A stretch of 64,000 nt of DNA from Balanoglossus misakiensis (Eukaryota > Animalia > Hemichordata): assembly GCA_040954595.2 (NCBI GenBank), contig CM082578.2, forward strand, positions 12,214,520 to 12,278,519. The letters are read 5' to 3'. A program made the position numbers and the translations under genes. Below are positions 1 through 11,800 of the stretch, in pieces. The notes beneath the pieces are model-generated. The model did no database searches, had not been told where the DNA came from, and saw only the letters and a list, made by a program, of their open reading frames with translations. Each line of letters opens with the position of its first letter. The stretch's first letter is position 1.

Positions 1-2264
1 TGAAGATGAGACACACTGTTGCTGATTTGCTGCCTGGTGTGGGAGGTGCGCCCTCAGTGGCACACAAGTGAAGTGGGTACTGGACACCAATGACAAAGAG
101 TGAAATACCTGTTGGTATTTTTATTTAGTGAGGGAATTGATTACAATCTAAACTTTAAACTTTTTAAAACAATATTGGAAAGCTGGTGCATTCCAGAAGT
201 TCTGCCACATTTTTAACAAGCCTTCTCTTTAAGGTACAGTTTTTACCAAATTTTGGATTCTTCAGATTGAGGAGAGACATGTTGTCTCTTGTATTTAATG
301 TGGATATTTTGCATCCATTGCATATATAGTCATGAATCGTTTTTTATCATTCAGATGTCTAATTCTTTTTCGATGTCAATTATAGACATAATGTCTAGTT
401 GATTTCATGGCTTATAAATAAAAGTTAACTAGTTTTAGTAACATGCATTTTAACTGTTCTGTACAGAGAAAAAAATTGTTGTGAGGATATCTTGCCATTT
501 TAATTATTAAAAAAATAAATCTGCTGATATATCAGCATTTTTTATGACCGGAGTCAGATTATATTCACATTGACATGAGAGTTGGTTGACTTATGAATAA
601 TTGTGATCGTTTTTATGAAATCTTCCAAATTTTTAGCTGTTCAAAATGGTTAACTGTTTTTGTTTCTAAGCCTGAGGACTATTGCCCTACCCCTGTCAAA
701 CTTTCAACATGGTACCTTTGTATTTGGCATTTAAACTGAGTGATTATTCCGTTTCACACAAATTCATCTTTGTATCTGTCAATCCTTACACTGCCAACTG
801 TTAGAGCGGATAGAAACTAGCAACTGAGCCGCTTGTTGAACCAACTACTTAATGGTTACATGTTCACAAATTTTCTGGACATGATCATTCATTACAGTCA
901 GTTACATGCTTCTGAAAATGCAATATGTACCAGGGTATGTAATGTTTTATACTTCATTAATTACGAAAAGGACCAAGTTTTGTATTTTGATAATCAAGGT
1001 CATTGTAAACAAAAAAGAACATAAAAGTGAATAAGTTAAGTTTGAGAAGAACGAAAATGCCTTATCAGTGCAATGAACCAAGTTCAGCAATGAGCAACCA
1101 TCAAACACTCAGCGAAAGTTTCAGTCCTGTCCAAGTTCAACAGGAAATGGATGAACGACGACATAAGCTAAGACGTCTTTGTCAGAAAAAATAAAGAGAT
1201 GATTGTTACGATTTACATTACATCAACTATGTGATGTAATTTATTATTATTTCAAGAAAGGAAAATTAGTTATTTGGGCTTTGTTGCAAGCCATACAAAC
1301 ACATTGTATGTTTCTCATAATTTATAACTAGAAGAAAATCTGTGGTTTTAATAGTTCAATGCCTACTTTTTGCAGGTAGAGATTTTTTAAAGAATGATTC
1401 CATTGTTGGTAAATTTTAAAGAGATGTTATTAATTAAAAAATGTTGGATGTCAGCTTTAAATCGTCAAAGGAGAACTACCGTTTTGCAAAATTTGACCAC
1501 AGGAACCTGAACAGTCTCAGTGAGTCAAGAATATCTCACAAAACAGGAACCTCACAACTGCTGAGGAAAAAGTGTTCATTTTGAAATGTATGTTTCTGAC
1601 AATTTTCAGCTTTTGATGATATTTATTGCTGTATGACAATGTTCTTACACTGTTCATCACCTGTACAATCTGCTCACCCCTCTTTCTCAAATGATATGAT
1701 TTTCTAACCACACAAAGCAGTGGAGAAACACTGCATCATGTTGGAGAGAGGTTTTTTTGCATGTCTATACTGCAACAAACTTTAAGCTGCCAGCATGCCA
1801 TTTACAATGTTATGGTGATAAATATTTAGTTTTTTTCTCTGTGTTCTGAAACGTGAAAATTGAAAGAGAATCAATGTGTCTCTATAATCGTTTGATTCAT
1901 CACAGGTGATTTTAATGTTGTGGCTTTAAAAAATGTGAGTTTCTGTACCAATTTAGCAGTACCAATTGTATATAAATTTCTTTTCCATCTTTCATAATAT
2001 TTATTCGACCAAAGTTTTGCATGTGTTATGACTATCATCTGATGATGTGGTTTCTTTCTGTAAAGAAGAGCGTTAGGATTGCATTGTTATGGTGACGTGT
2101 CCCAAGCGTGGCCAGTCTTGTGATAAATTGCACAAATGTTCAGAATTGTATTCTGTTGCAGTTGTTGTTTTTAACATCTTGAATTCACTAGAAAAGAGTA
2201 ACTTTACTGTTCTAATTTGCAGATATTTGTGTTTGTAACCATATGCATTTTTGTTGTATTATTG

Positions 2265-2338
2265 AATAAAAAGTTTGTCTTGTAATTACTCTATCGTATA
2301 TTTTGTATTGTATGGTTCTGTGTGTGTGTGTGTGTGTG
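2265..2338 (+). terminator. Candidate poly(A) signal with GU/U-rich downstream element, ending an upstream 3'UTR-like tract
   Basis: AATAAA at 2265-2270 followed by T/GT-rich sequence and (TG)n at ~2319-2338; the preceding 2.2 kb is T-rich and ORF-poor. Confidence 0.5.
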
Positions 2339-2709
2339 TTTTATAAAAGCTATATAAAGAGAATTTGCTGTATCATTTCTTTGTTATCACTGGTAAAACT
2401 TTTGCCATTCCAACCAAAAAGATATACTGAACGAAATATTGACATTCTCAACCAAATCCATATTGTATAAATCTCGATATATTTTGCATTTTAGAAGAAT
2501 TTTTGTTTACCCGTTGACTGTAGAATGACCACTTGCATTAACTGTTTTCATAGAACAAATGTGTTGATGAAATGGTTGCAGCGTGTTTCAACATAAAACA
2601 TCCCTAAAAAACAGTAGGAGTTCATATGATGAAAGTCAGGGAGGATAGAATACCCTGTCCCTGTTTCCCATCTTTACTGTGATTCCCGAAATTGTTTCGT
2701 TCAAAGCAG

Positions 2710-3871
2710 ACCGCGGGAAAACTTCCAAGAAAAGAAAACACAGCGTTCACAGTGAGTACTTTGAAGATCAGGTGCTGTTACCGCCCTTGAAGAAGAAACC
2801 CTTCAAGAAATGGATTCCACCGAAGTCGCCGTATAATCTCGTCCAAGAAAGTCTCTTCCATGACAAGTGGAAACTCCTGGTTGCAACCATATTTCTCAAC
2901 AGGACCACTGGTGAGTTGAGTTCCTTTAATGTATGAATGTTGAATCTTATTTTTATAATTTTTTTATCTCAAGCAGACTGAATAATTTTCCACTCATTGC
3001 AAGATCTTGCAGGAATTGGTTAATTACTGAAGCTGCGGGTTGGTGGCCAATTAAGACAATCAAGCATTGTATGAAACTAGCAGCAATGTACTTCTGTTGC
3101 AAAATTTGATATTTTTCAATACATATACTAAGTCATGTGGTTTTTTAAAGGCAAGGCAGCTATTCCTCTCCTTTGGAAATTCTTTGAGAAGTGGCCGACA
3201 GCGGAAACAACAAGGAATGCTGACAGCACGCAAATAGCTGCATTGCTGCAACCGTTAGGACTCCATGAAAAGAGGTCCAAGATGTTGATAAGATTTTCTG
3301 GTGAGTTGAGTTCACTATACTTTGTGTGAATACTCCTCTTAAAATTAATTCATGTTCACATTCAGTGGAGAATCTCATGCTCTTCCTTTCATGAAGGAAA
3401 TATACACACCATAACCTCATAGAATCTCAGTGATTAGAGAGAAGCAAATAGAAGCATTAGACCCTATGCTAACAACCCTTGTGCATTTATCCATACAGAA
3501 GAGTATCTGGTGAAGGATTGGGTGTATCCCATAGAGTTACATGGTATTGGGAAGTACGGAAATGATTCCTACAGGATATTCTGTGTCAATGAATGGAAGG
3601 AGGTAAGATGCTGCATATTAAACATCTCATTTGTATAATTCAGAAATTACATATTTGTTTTGCTATTGGTAGTTTCTGTCACGTTTCAAATGTGATTACA
3701 CAGATAATCCAATGCATGCCAGTCGTCGTGTTATGTGACCTGGATCGATGCATCTGACGAAACCGACCAATTCTTGTACATGTTTGTTTCCAGGTCAAGC
3801 CGGATGACCACATGTTGAACAAGTACCACGATTGGCTTTGGAAGAACTACAAAGAACTTGGGCTGCAGTGA
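2710..3871 (+). CDS. MBD4: MBD4 (MBD4/MeCP2 family) G:T mismatch DNA glycosylase domain; last four exons only (2710-2910, 3151-3300, 3499-3602, 3794-3871), 5' exons lie outside the window
   Basis: In-phase GT-AG splicing gives [35 protein letters not shown]|[16 protein letters not shown]...[10 protein letters not shown]|[35 protein letters not shown]|[16 protein letters not shown], the MBD4 HhH glycosylase signature; TGA at 3869-3871. Confidence 0.95.
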
Positions 3872-4344
3872 TGGTGGGATGTTTTCAGGCCAGGTGAGAA
3901 TTGCTAACTGTACAGTGAATAATTGCCAGATTGTCACACCCTGCTAGGTTTGCCGTCAAAAGGGAGTGGTTCAGGAATCAAAACATGTATGTAAGGTTGT
4001 TTACTGGTTAATCTGACCTTGTCAGGTCAGGACAAACAAGGAATAGCACCCTTGACCTTCAGGTCAGGGGAACTATGCTTTGAGATGATGAATTCAGAGA
4101 CCTGACCACTAACATTTTATACTCCAAGAAAGATTTTATATATTTTATTCCTCTTCACTAGCCAAGTTTCATTCATTGTCTTGCATTGTCTTCTTCTTCG
4201 TAGATTTAATGTGCATATACATGTATTAGCAAAATACTAATGTAAATAGATCAAAATACGTGTACTTCATAATTTGAAATACAGTGGCGATATGTAATTT
4301 TCTTCTACTCATTTCTGTTTATGTTCCAACGCTTCTGTACAAAA

Positions 4345-7300
4345 CTAAGCAGCCTCTGCGTTTTGGGAATCTGCGCTGTCTGTCGATTCAGCGCCATTAC
4401 TAATGCTGTTTGTACCCCCTCCTAAGTCTGTCGTTTGGATGTCCCTGTCTTCCGCCTGTACAACTGTGTCAGTGGGACTGGCCTCACCCACAGCCTCATT
4501 GTGCATGTCTGTGTTTTCTGATTGTTCGACGGCATTGCCCTTGCCTGTTTCTGACTTCTCTGTGTCTTCAGCATTTTCGCCGATTACACTTGGGTCCACA
4601 GTGTCTGTGTCTCTGTGTTCAGTTTGTTCAGCTTCATCGCTGACGCTATTTATAATAATCTGCGAATTTGGATCATCCACATCTTTACTGGCACCATTGT
4701 GATATACACTGTCATTGTCATTGTCATCGCAGTCACTACCCGCATCGCTTGCATCTGGCGTGTTCATCGGCACGGTCGGCAGTAGCTTGGATTCTAAGGT
4801 CATCGCAGGCATGTGCACACTGAACATCATCACCTCACTCGTCTTTCCTGTCGCCTGGCTACTATCGTCAGGGTTACCATCACTGGGCTTTTTCCCCTTT
4901 TTGCCATCACTTTTATTGCTAAGACGACTCCTGGTGATTTCTTCACCTTTGACCTCGAGCTTGATATCGTCTTTTTCGGTGTGCTGACTGTCGCAGCCAG
5001 TCGAGTCAGAATGCTCACGCAAGTTTTGGTCTTCATGAAGCGACTGATTGCTCTGACCATGCGAAGGATGATTGTCCTTCAGATGGAAATGTTTGTCTTT
5101 ATTATTAAGTGGCTGGTTGCCTTGATCATGCACATGATGGTCATTTTTCTGCATTGCCCCATCATCAGAAGGCAGCTGATTGACCAAAGCAACTGAATCA
5201 GGACTGTTCGTCAAGTTTGTTTCATATTCATGAACCAGTTGATCGCATAAACAATGTGATGCAGGATTGTCTTGGCTGTCTGAAATTATCGGCTGCTTTT
5301 TCAAAGTCGCGGCACGACCCTCTCCTTGATTCTCACTTTGCACGAGTTCTGCACTGTCTGTAAATTTCGCCGTAGTAGTCTTTCGACGGTCCGCGGTCTC
5401 CTCGTCCAAATACACCGGTTGGCAGGGCACCCTTATCGGCGGCAACACCCTGGCCTGGCTGGAGAAGTGGACCTCGTTGTACTCTCCCTGCATCTCCATC
5501 TTCATACCCAGCTGCCTCTCCAGCTTGTAGTTGCGGATGTAGCGGTCCTCGGCGTTTGGGTGCAGGCTCTGCTTGTGCGGAGACCGCATCTCTGGCCGCC
5601 ACGTCTTGATGTCCAGTTCCTCCGTCCGGTTCTTCCAGCCGTGCGGGTGTTGCAGCAGCGCGTCCTCCTCCTGCTCCATGATGGGCGGCTGTCGCCGGTT
5701 GTCGATGACGACGATGCTGGAATGCGGCCCGCTCCTGTATTTAACCTTCTGCGGTGTGATGAAAACCAGCTTCCTGTTTGGAGTAAGAACATGAACATAA
5801 TTATTCAATATCATATTATGTGATAGTATGATTCTTTTTTTTATTGGTAAAAATCCAAAGGGGGATATAAACTTACTTAAAGTTAATATAAGATACGATA
5901 AGATAGGATCAGATAAGACACTTTAAACTTTACCATGACCAAATCCCCAAAGGTCAATTTAAATATCAGCTTGACATACACTGTATAATGCTGACATCAG
6001 GGGAAAAAAGCAATCAAAGGAAAATATTTTGCACACGCTTATACTAAATGATGCAAGAAAACAAGCTGACTTGGTCAAACTGACCTTCTTCTTTCACTTT
6101 GGTGAATGGCAAAGGGTGCTTTTGGAGGTTCATAACTCCTGAAAGATTTACAAAATAGAAATATACATGCATATATGCATTGAGTGAGTCGTGTGTTTGG
6201 AATTGTACTATACCGGACAGCAGGAAGAAATTGTACGGAGTGTAGTTTGTGATGATAGCTTTATAGTACATGTACATAATAGAATGGAAATAAAAGTCAA
6301 ATGTGATCTGGTGAATTACTAATTTTATATTATCCATATAGCTTGTGCATTAGTATTCTTACAAGAACTCAACCCAAAGTTATTAAAAGTCCCCCCCCCC
6401 CCCACTGTGTGCTTTATGTATCTATCCATGTGGTCATTCAACCAAAAAGTTTCACTCCCTGTGGGTTCTGTTGGTAGCTTATTTAACTATAGCTGATAGT
6501 TTACAAAGAAAATTGCACAGTTTCCTTCATTGTCGGTCAGTGTCCGTGGCTTTACAACTGAAAGATCACCTCATTGTTTTCCTTTGTTGCATTGGGTTGT
6601 CGCGCAATTACAGGCAGTGCATCCACGAACAAAGCGGCACATTTCAGGCATTTGTTTTGATGGATGGCAAAGGCCAGTCTATTGTGATCCACGTTCTTGA
6701 CCCGACCCACACACAGAAAAAAGTCAGAGATTCCTTGGACGTACCTGATCACCATGGGAGTCTTCTCCAACTCTGATTGTTCACCTCTGTAAAGCCTGTA
6801 GCGGTCGTCCAGATACCGGTCCATGACCTGTCTCCTGAGGACGATTTTGTCGATCAGACTCTGCATGGATAACTGATTGGAACGTTTTCTCTTCTCAGTC
6901 GATGTCGCCGGATCCGGGAAACTCTGCAGTGGTTCCGGAGTCTTTTCCGGACCGTGTCGGAAGCCGAGCAGTGGTGAGGCTGAAGTGGACTTCACTGGTT
7001 TCACTACTGGTTGTACGTCTCTCCTGAGCGGACCTGGAGCTGATGACGTTTGGAGAAGTACCCTAGGCAACAGAGACACCCAGTGTAAAGAACTGAGAAG
7101 TTGACAGTGCAACAAATACCACTCTAACTGGATGCTGTGTTTAGAGCTTGTAACGTTTTTTCCTATGCATCATATCTCAATTATGTATTTCAAATTGATT
7201 AAAACATGCACTGTCCCTTTAATGTATCAGCTACATGCACTGTCCCTTTAATGTGTCAGATACATGCGCTATTCTTTTAAACATATCGTATGATTTTTAG

Positions 7301-8477
7301 CTTTTCTTCTCTGATTTATATTTACAAGTTTGTGTACTTACTCCATTCTCAGTTTTGTATCATAAAGTTCTGGCATGTTGTAATGATTGTCACTTTTCTT
7401 GTGTTTGCGAACTTTTCCAGGTAACATTATACCTGCAATAAAAATACAGACAAAAATCTAATCATATGTGTTGGGTTTTTTTTCTGGTGATTGTACGATC
7501 TGAGCAGTGGCATTGTGCTTCAAAAGGGGGGGGGGGGCACCATATTCCCCCCTGCCTGTTTAACCATATCTGAACCTGTAACTTTTGTGTACTGAGCAAT
7601 ACCATAGCGTTTGATGCACTATCTGTTTCATTTGCCATTTCCTATTTACCAGTAAACATGATATCGACACTTCGTAAAAAGATCTTTCTGGATCGTGTCC
7701 AACTTCTACAATGTAATTATGCCCACCATCGCGAACTTTCCAAGCAGCTTCCACAACTGCAATGCTGCTTGGTCCCCCTCCTCCGTTGCATATCTTTTGC
7801 CCTTTCCTCCTGATACATGTACTACGCCCCCTCCCCTATCCCCCCTTTTCAGAGGGACCTTGAACGTGACTTGATCAAAGTCGGATGCGCTGATCCCAAG
7901 TGCAGCTGCTGGCATTGCAGACGCGCAACTTACCAACGCCGGGAGCCCTGTACAGCGGATTTCTTGCCTGCATCTTCATGGTAAAGCGCTCTTTTGCGCG
8001 ATTTCGCTGGAAAGGAAAGACAAGAAAAATTATAGCTGAAACTATGCTCATGCCACGTAAGATCTAAATATAAAGCCAATAGTCCGCATTGCGGGTATTT
8101 TGAGTTGCATCAATGATGATATAGTAGTAATGCGTTTGGGAAAGTAGATCGTTGTCTTGTACAACTTCTTAAAACTACTTTGAAGCGGCCGTTGCAGCAC
8201 GCCCTCGAATGTCGGACATTTCCAAGGAGAACCATTTTGGCATTTGTTGGTCCACGGTTCCTCCGACGAGCAAGAAAACGGATTACGGTGCACGGTGGTA
8301 GTGGCGGAAGAAAAAAACTTGACAGAGCAGCAATGAATGAAACACTTTCTTCCAGAACCATGCCAGGTTCGTGTACAATACCTTGTCCTGACTAGCCCGA
8401 CTGCTGGCCGCGTCTTTGAGGGGCTTGTGTCGATACATGGCGGCTGTGTCTCGGGGTACGCTAGTCAATCCATCCAT
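4345..8477 (-). CDS. Uncharacterised multi-exon protein with a long acidic, low-complexity C-terminus; exons ~8477-8382, 8006-7934, 7756-~7565/7650 (donor uncertain), 7432-7342, ~7090/7060-6556, 5773-4345
   Basis: Phase-compatible splice sites join MDGLTSVPRD...QDK|RNRAKERF...PGV|VVEAAWKVRDGG...|..IMLPGKVRK...|...KTPMVIRYVQGISDFFLCVG...VIFQL|KLVFITPQ to the 489-aa terminal ORF. Family not recognised. Confidence 0.75.
7204..7290. repeat. 29-bp intronic tandem repeat, ~2.7 copies
   Basis: acatgcactgtccctttaatgt(a/g)tcag(c/a)t twice, plus a degenerate third copy. Confidence 0.8.
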
Positions 8478-8481
8478 GTGC

Positions 8482-8495
8482 GTTTCCTTGGCAAC
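8482..8495. promoter_or_regulatory. RFX X-box motif
   Basis: GTTTCCTTGGCAAC, a close match to GTNRCC-N0-3-RGYAAC (one mismatch, at the R position), 4 nt upstream of the ATG of the uncharacterised gene. Confidence 0.65.
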
Positions 8496-8689
8496 GGGAA
8501 TGTATTAACCTACAGAGAGAAGGGAAAATAGCACCATTTGAGAAAATAAGTCGAGAGGTAGAGGTAAAGCAACTTCACGTAGAAATCATTCAGAGGGTGA
8601 GCTCAGATCTAAGTAGGCCTACTTAATGACAGATACCACCCTGCGACTCGAACTATGAAAAAGAGATTTAGACTAATTCATGCGAAAAC

Positions 8690-8775
<86 letters not shown>

Positions 8776-8826
8776 ATACGATGACGATGGATGATGATTT
8801 TATACGATGACGATGGATGATGATTT
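8690..8826. repeat. (GAT)n microsatellite followed by a 26-bp tandem duplication
   Basis: Pure GAT run 8690-8772, then attttatacgatgacgatggatgatg twice. Confidence 0.95.
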
Positions 8827-11800
8827 CACTGTCCCTCAAACAGTCACCAGACCGGTGATGATCTTAAGAACCTGGCCGCCAACGCGATACATTCACATAG
8901 ATCGAACAAATTTCGCATGTCTATATAAGTTAAACAATACGTGGGTCGGTGCTCCAGGTAAACCACATTCTACGTGATGACACGCGAATCGCAAAGTTCC
9001 ACGCTTCACCGTATAGTATGGATTCTTGCCTGTGGCCTTACTGTAAACACGGTGAAAGCGCCGTATCAGATTTCTCATAGGTAAGTTCTTAATTGTTCCC
9101 GACAACTTGAGAACGCTAAAATGATAATCTTGCCAATTTCGACTCAGTAAACTACGAGGTGTGCGCAAGACTAAAGTGCGTGGAAACAGGAGCATTGCGT
9201 TTTTTTGCCTGTAGCATCGTCAGCGTTTCTCTCAACGAGCCAGAGCTATGCTAATCCCATGGCTCAGGATTGAATGTACACCAATAACTTTATAGAAAAC
9301 CAATTAGTTTTCTGGATACGAGTACGTGACGTAAAGCTCACTGTTTTTGGTATAAACAAAAATTTAACAGGTCGACGCTTTTTTTTCTGGGCGGTTTTTT
9401 GCGGTTTTCAACCTTTCTTGACCCAAATAATCAACCAGCGTACGATTTCACGAATTGGAACACATCGACTTCCTTCAACAATGCATCTCCGGTGCCATCT
9501 TCTTGTGTTTCACGAACGAATCGTTCGATTCAAATGGCCCAAACAAAAACGCCGGCATTTCTCATAGTGATTTGTAGGGCACCCCTTTCTTTCTTTATGT
9601 GTATATGGGGCGATATGGATGTTCTGGCCTTTTGCTTAAAGTATTGTGTAGCGACGCAGACATGCCGATTTTATTGTTGGCTATAACTACCAGGGTGATG
9701 GGAGGGCAGCGCTCAATTCATACCGACTACAACCCGACAATGCGTTTTCTTATACGCAAGGGACGATGCCTTGTGTACGTGGTGAATATCGCTCATATTT
9801 TATGGTGATCCTGCTTCGTTAACCGATCGGGCATAGTTAAACAACGTCCCTGAGAATCGACACGCACCGGTGACCCTGAATGTTAGTGGGCGTTTGTTTT
9901 GTTCATGGTTTGCCAAAATATATAAATATTGGGGAACCTCATATTTACTTTTTGTTTGCTTGGGACGCATAATTAATTTGTACCACGCATGTTACTAACT
10001 GAGGCCAGGGATCCTTGAAATGTTTACTCTGATTCTGATCAATTTTTTTTGCTGAGGCTACGAATAGATCACAAATTAAAACTTTGGAACAATAAGCGCG
10101 GTGTTGTTCCTCGTGCAGTACTTAAATATCCTGACTTCACCATCAACCTTATGCCAATAAATACCAAGACACGGGCGCGTGACAGACTTATACACTCGAG
10201 TGCTTAAATGGACAGAATAAATGCGAAAAACAAGGACCCACTTTAAAAATGACGACACTTTACAGAACCGACGGTAACTTGGATACCGCCCGCGTGCCAA
10301 AATCACCACGATACTCAATGAAGTGTCTTGGTATTGGTATTGAAACTTCAGGGCAGAACGGTGTGGTGCACTGGTGGTTGTAATTACGTCCAGTTGAAAA
10401 GAAACTTGGCGTAGATCTCGTAGCCTAGCCTGCACACGCGTCGGACGCGGACGTCGACCGTGTTACGCAAAGTGTTTGCATAAAAACACTACAAACTGAA
10501 AGACAACTGTTGAAAATCAGCTTAACAAAGCTTTAAAGCTGCCAAGTTAAACCTGAAGGCCAACCATGAGCGGTCGGTGCTCTATTCACCAAAACGGCAT
10601 AATTTTTATATGTCAATTGTGCCGATTATATGGAAGACGGTGATTTTTAGAGTAAAAGTTTCAAGTAACGGAGAGCAAACGGGACAGCGTGTCCGTACAT
10701 TAATCGACGCATGCAGCATCGATGGACAGATTGCGATGTTGATCTTTCAGACGACCGGTTTGATTTGTCGCCTCCCGTTGTCAGTTGACTCTGACAGTCG
10801 TCGACAGTTATAGTATACATAGAAGGTGTCAGCCGTGAAACACTCAAAAACTGTTAGCCGCATACTGTACCTGTGTGACGCCATGGTCACTCTGCACGGG
10901 TCCCACTCTCCATTGTGAACGAACCACGCAACGAAGCACTCTTAGGAACTGGGCAAGCGTTTCAAAGACTGTAGCTATGTTGTTTTGGTATCAGTGTATA
11001 GTTACTGGCCAGTGGTGAGTGACCAGGTCGCCTGCATTCACCCGGTAATTGAGCACGCATTGATTTCATTGGCCGCACATTTGTTATTCGCCCGACCATT
11101 GTATAAGTTGTTCGTACTCTGAATCGCGTGGCCCTCTCCCGTAGCGACCATTGCCGGCCCGGGTTTATTATCTCCCAATGAAGCATGCCGATACGGACAA
11201 ATGACAACATTGTCGAAAACAGCAAACAGAATTGTTCAACTTTGAAGGACCATTTAGTAAATTACCTGACTAGCGCACAATGGTCCCTAGGGTGTTGAGT
11301 TAAGATCACGTTAACTCATGTAACTGGGCGCCGTGGAGCAGTTTCAAGTTAGCTCCTTCAATTTATTGGCCGAAGGTGCCCAATTTATAAGTCCAAGTTC
11401 AAACCGCTCTTCACCTGTTTGTGTTTCCCAGGCTTTAAATTTCACTTCTTTTTAAACGTTTTCACGAATTTGAACTTGACTTCCTAGTGACATTTTTTTC
11501 CAAACTCGCAGGTTAGTTTTATCTCCACAAAAATTGTGTTCGTCTGCATTTAAATCGGCCAGAGTAGTTCTGACATCTTTCATGCAAGCCACCTCTTTCT
11601 CGGGACATGTGCAAACAACCGAAAAACATTACCGCTCTGAAATTTAAAGGATTCTGTTCGACCAAATACTTGTGGGCCAATTCCTAAATCGCCGAGGAGA
11701 CAGTAGGGTCCCCATGTAGACTCACGAAGAACAACGTGGAATGCTGGACATACGATCGACAATAGTTGCACTTTGCCGCACATGTGCATTTCAAATAACC

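Noticed and set aside
8529-8541. TAGCACCATTTGA, equal to the first 13 nt of miR-29
   Set aside because: The 3' half diverges, there is no complementary arm for a hairpin, and it lies beside an intronic polypyrimidine tract.
8610-8625. Perfect 16-bp palindrome TAAGTAGGCCTACTTA
   Set aside because: Isolated and built on the recurrent TAGGCCTA word; no associated element.
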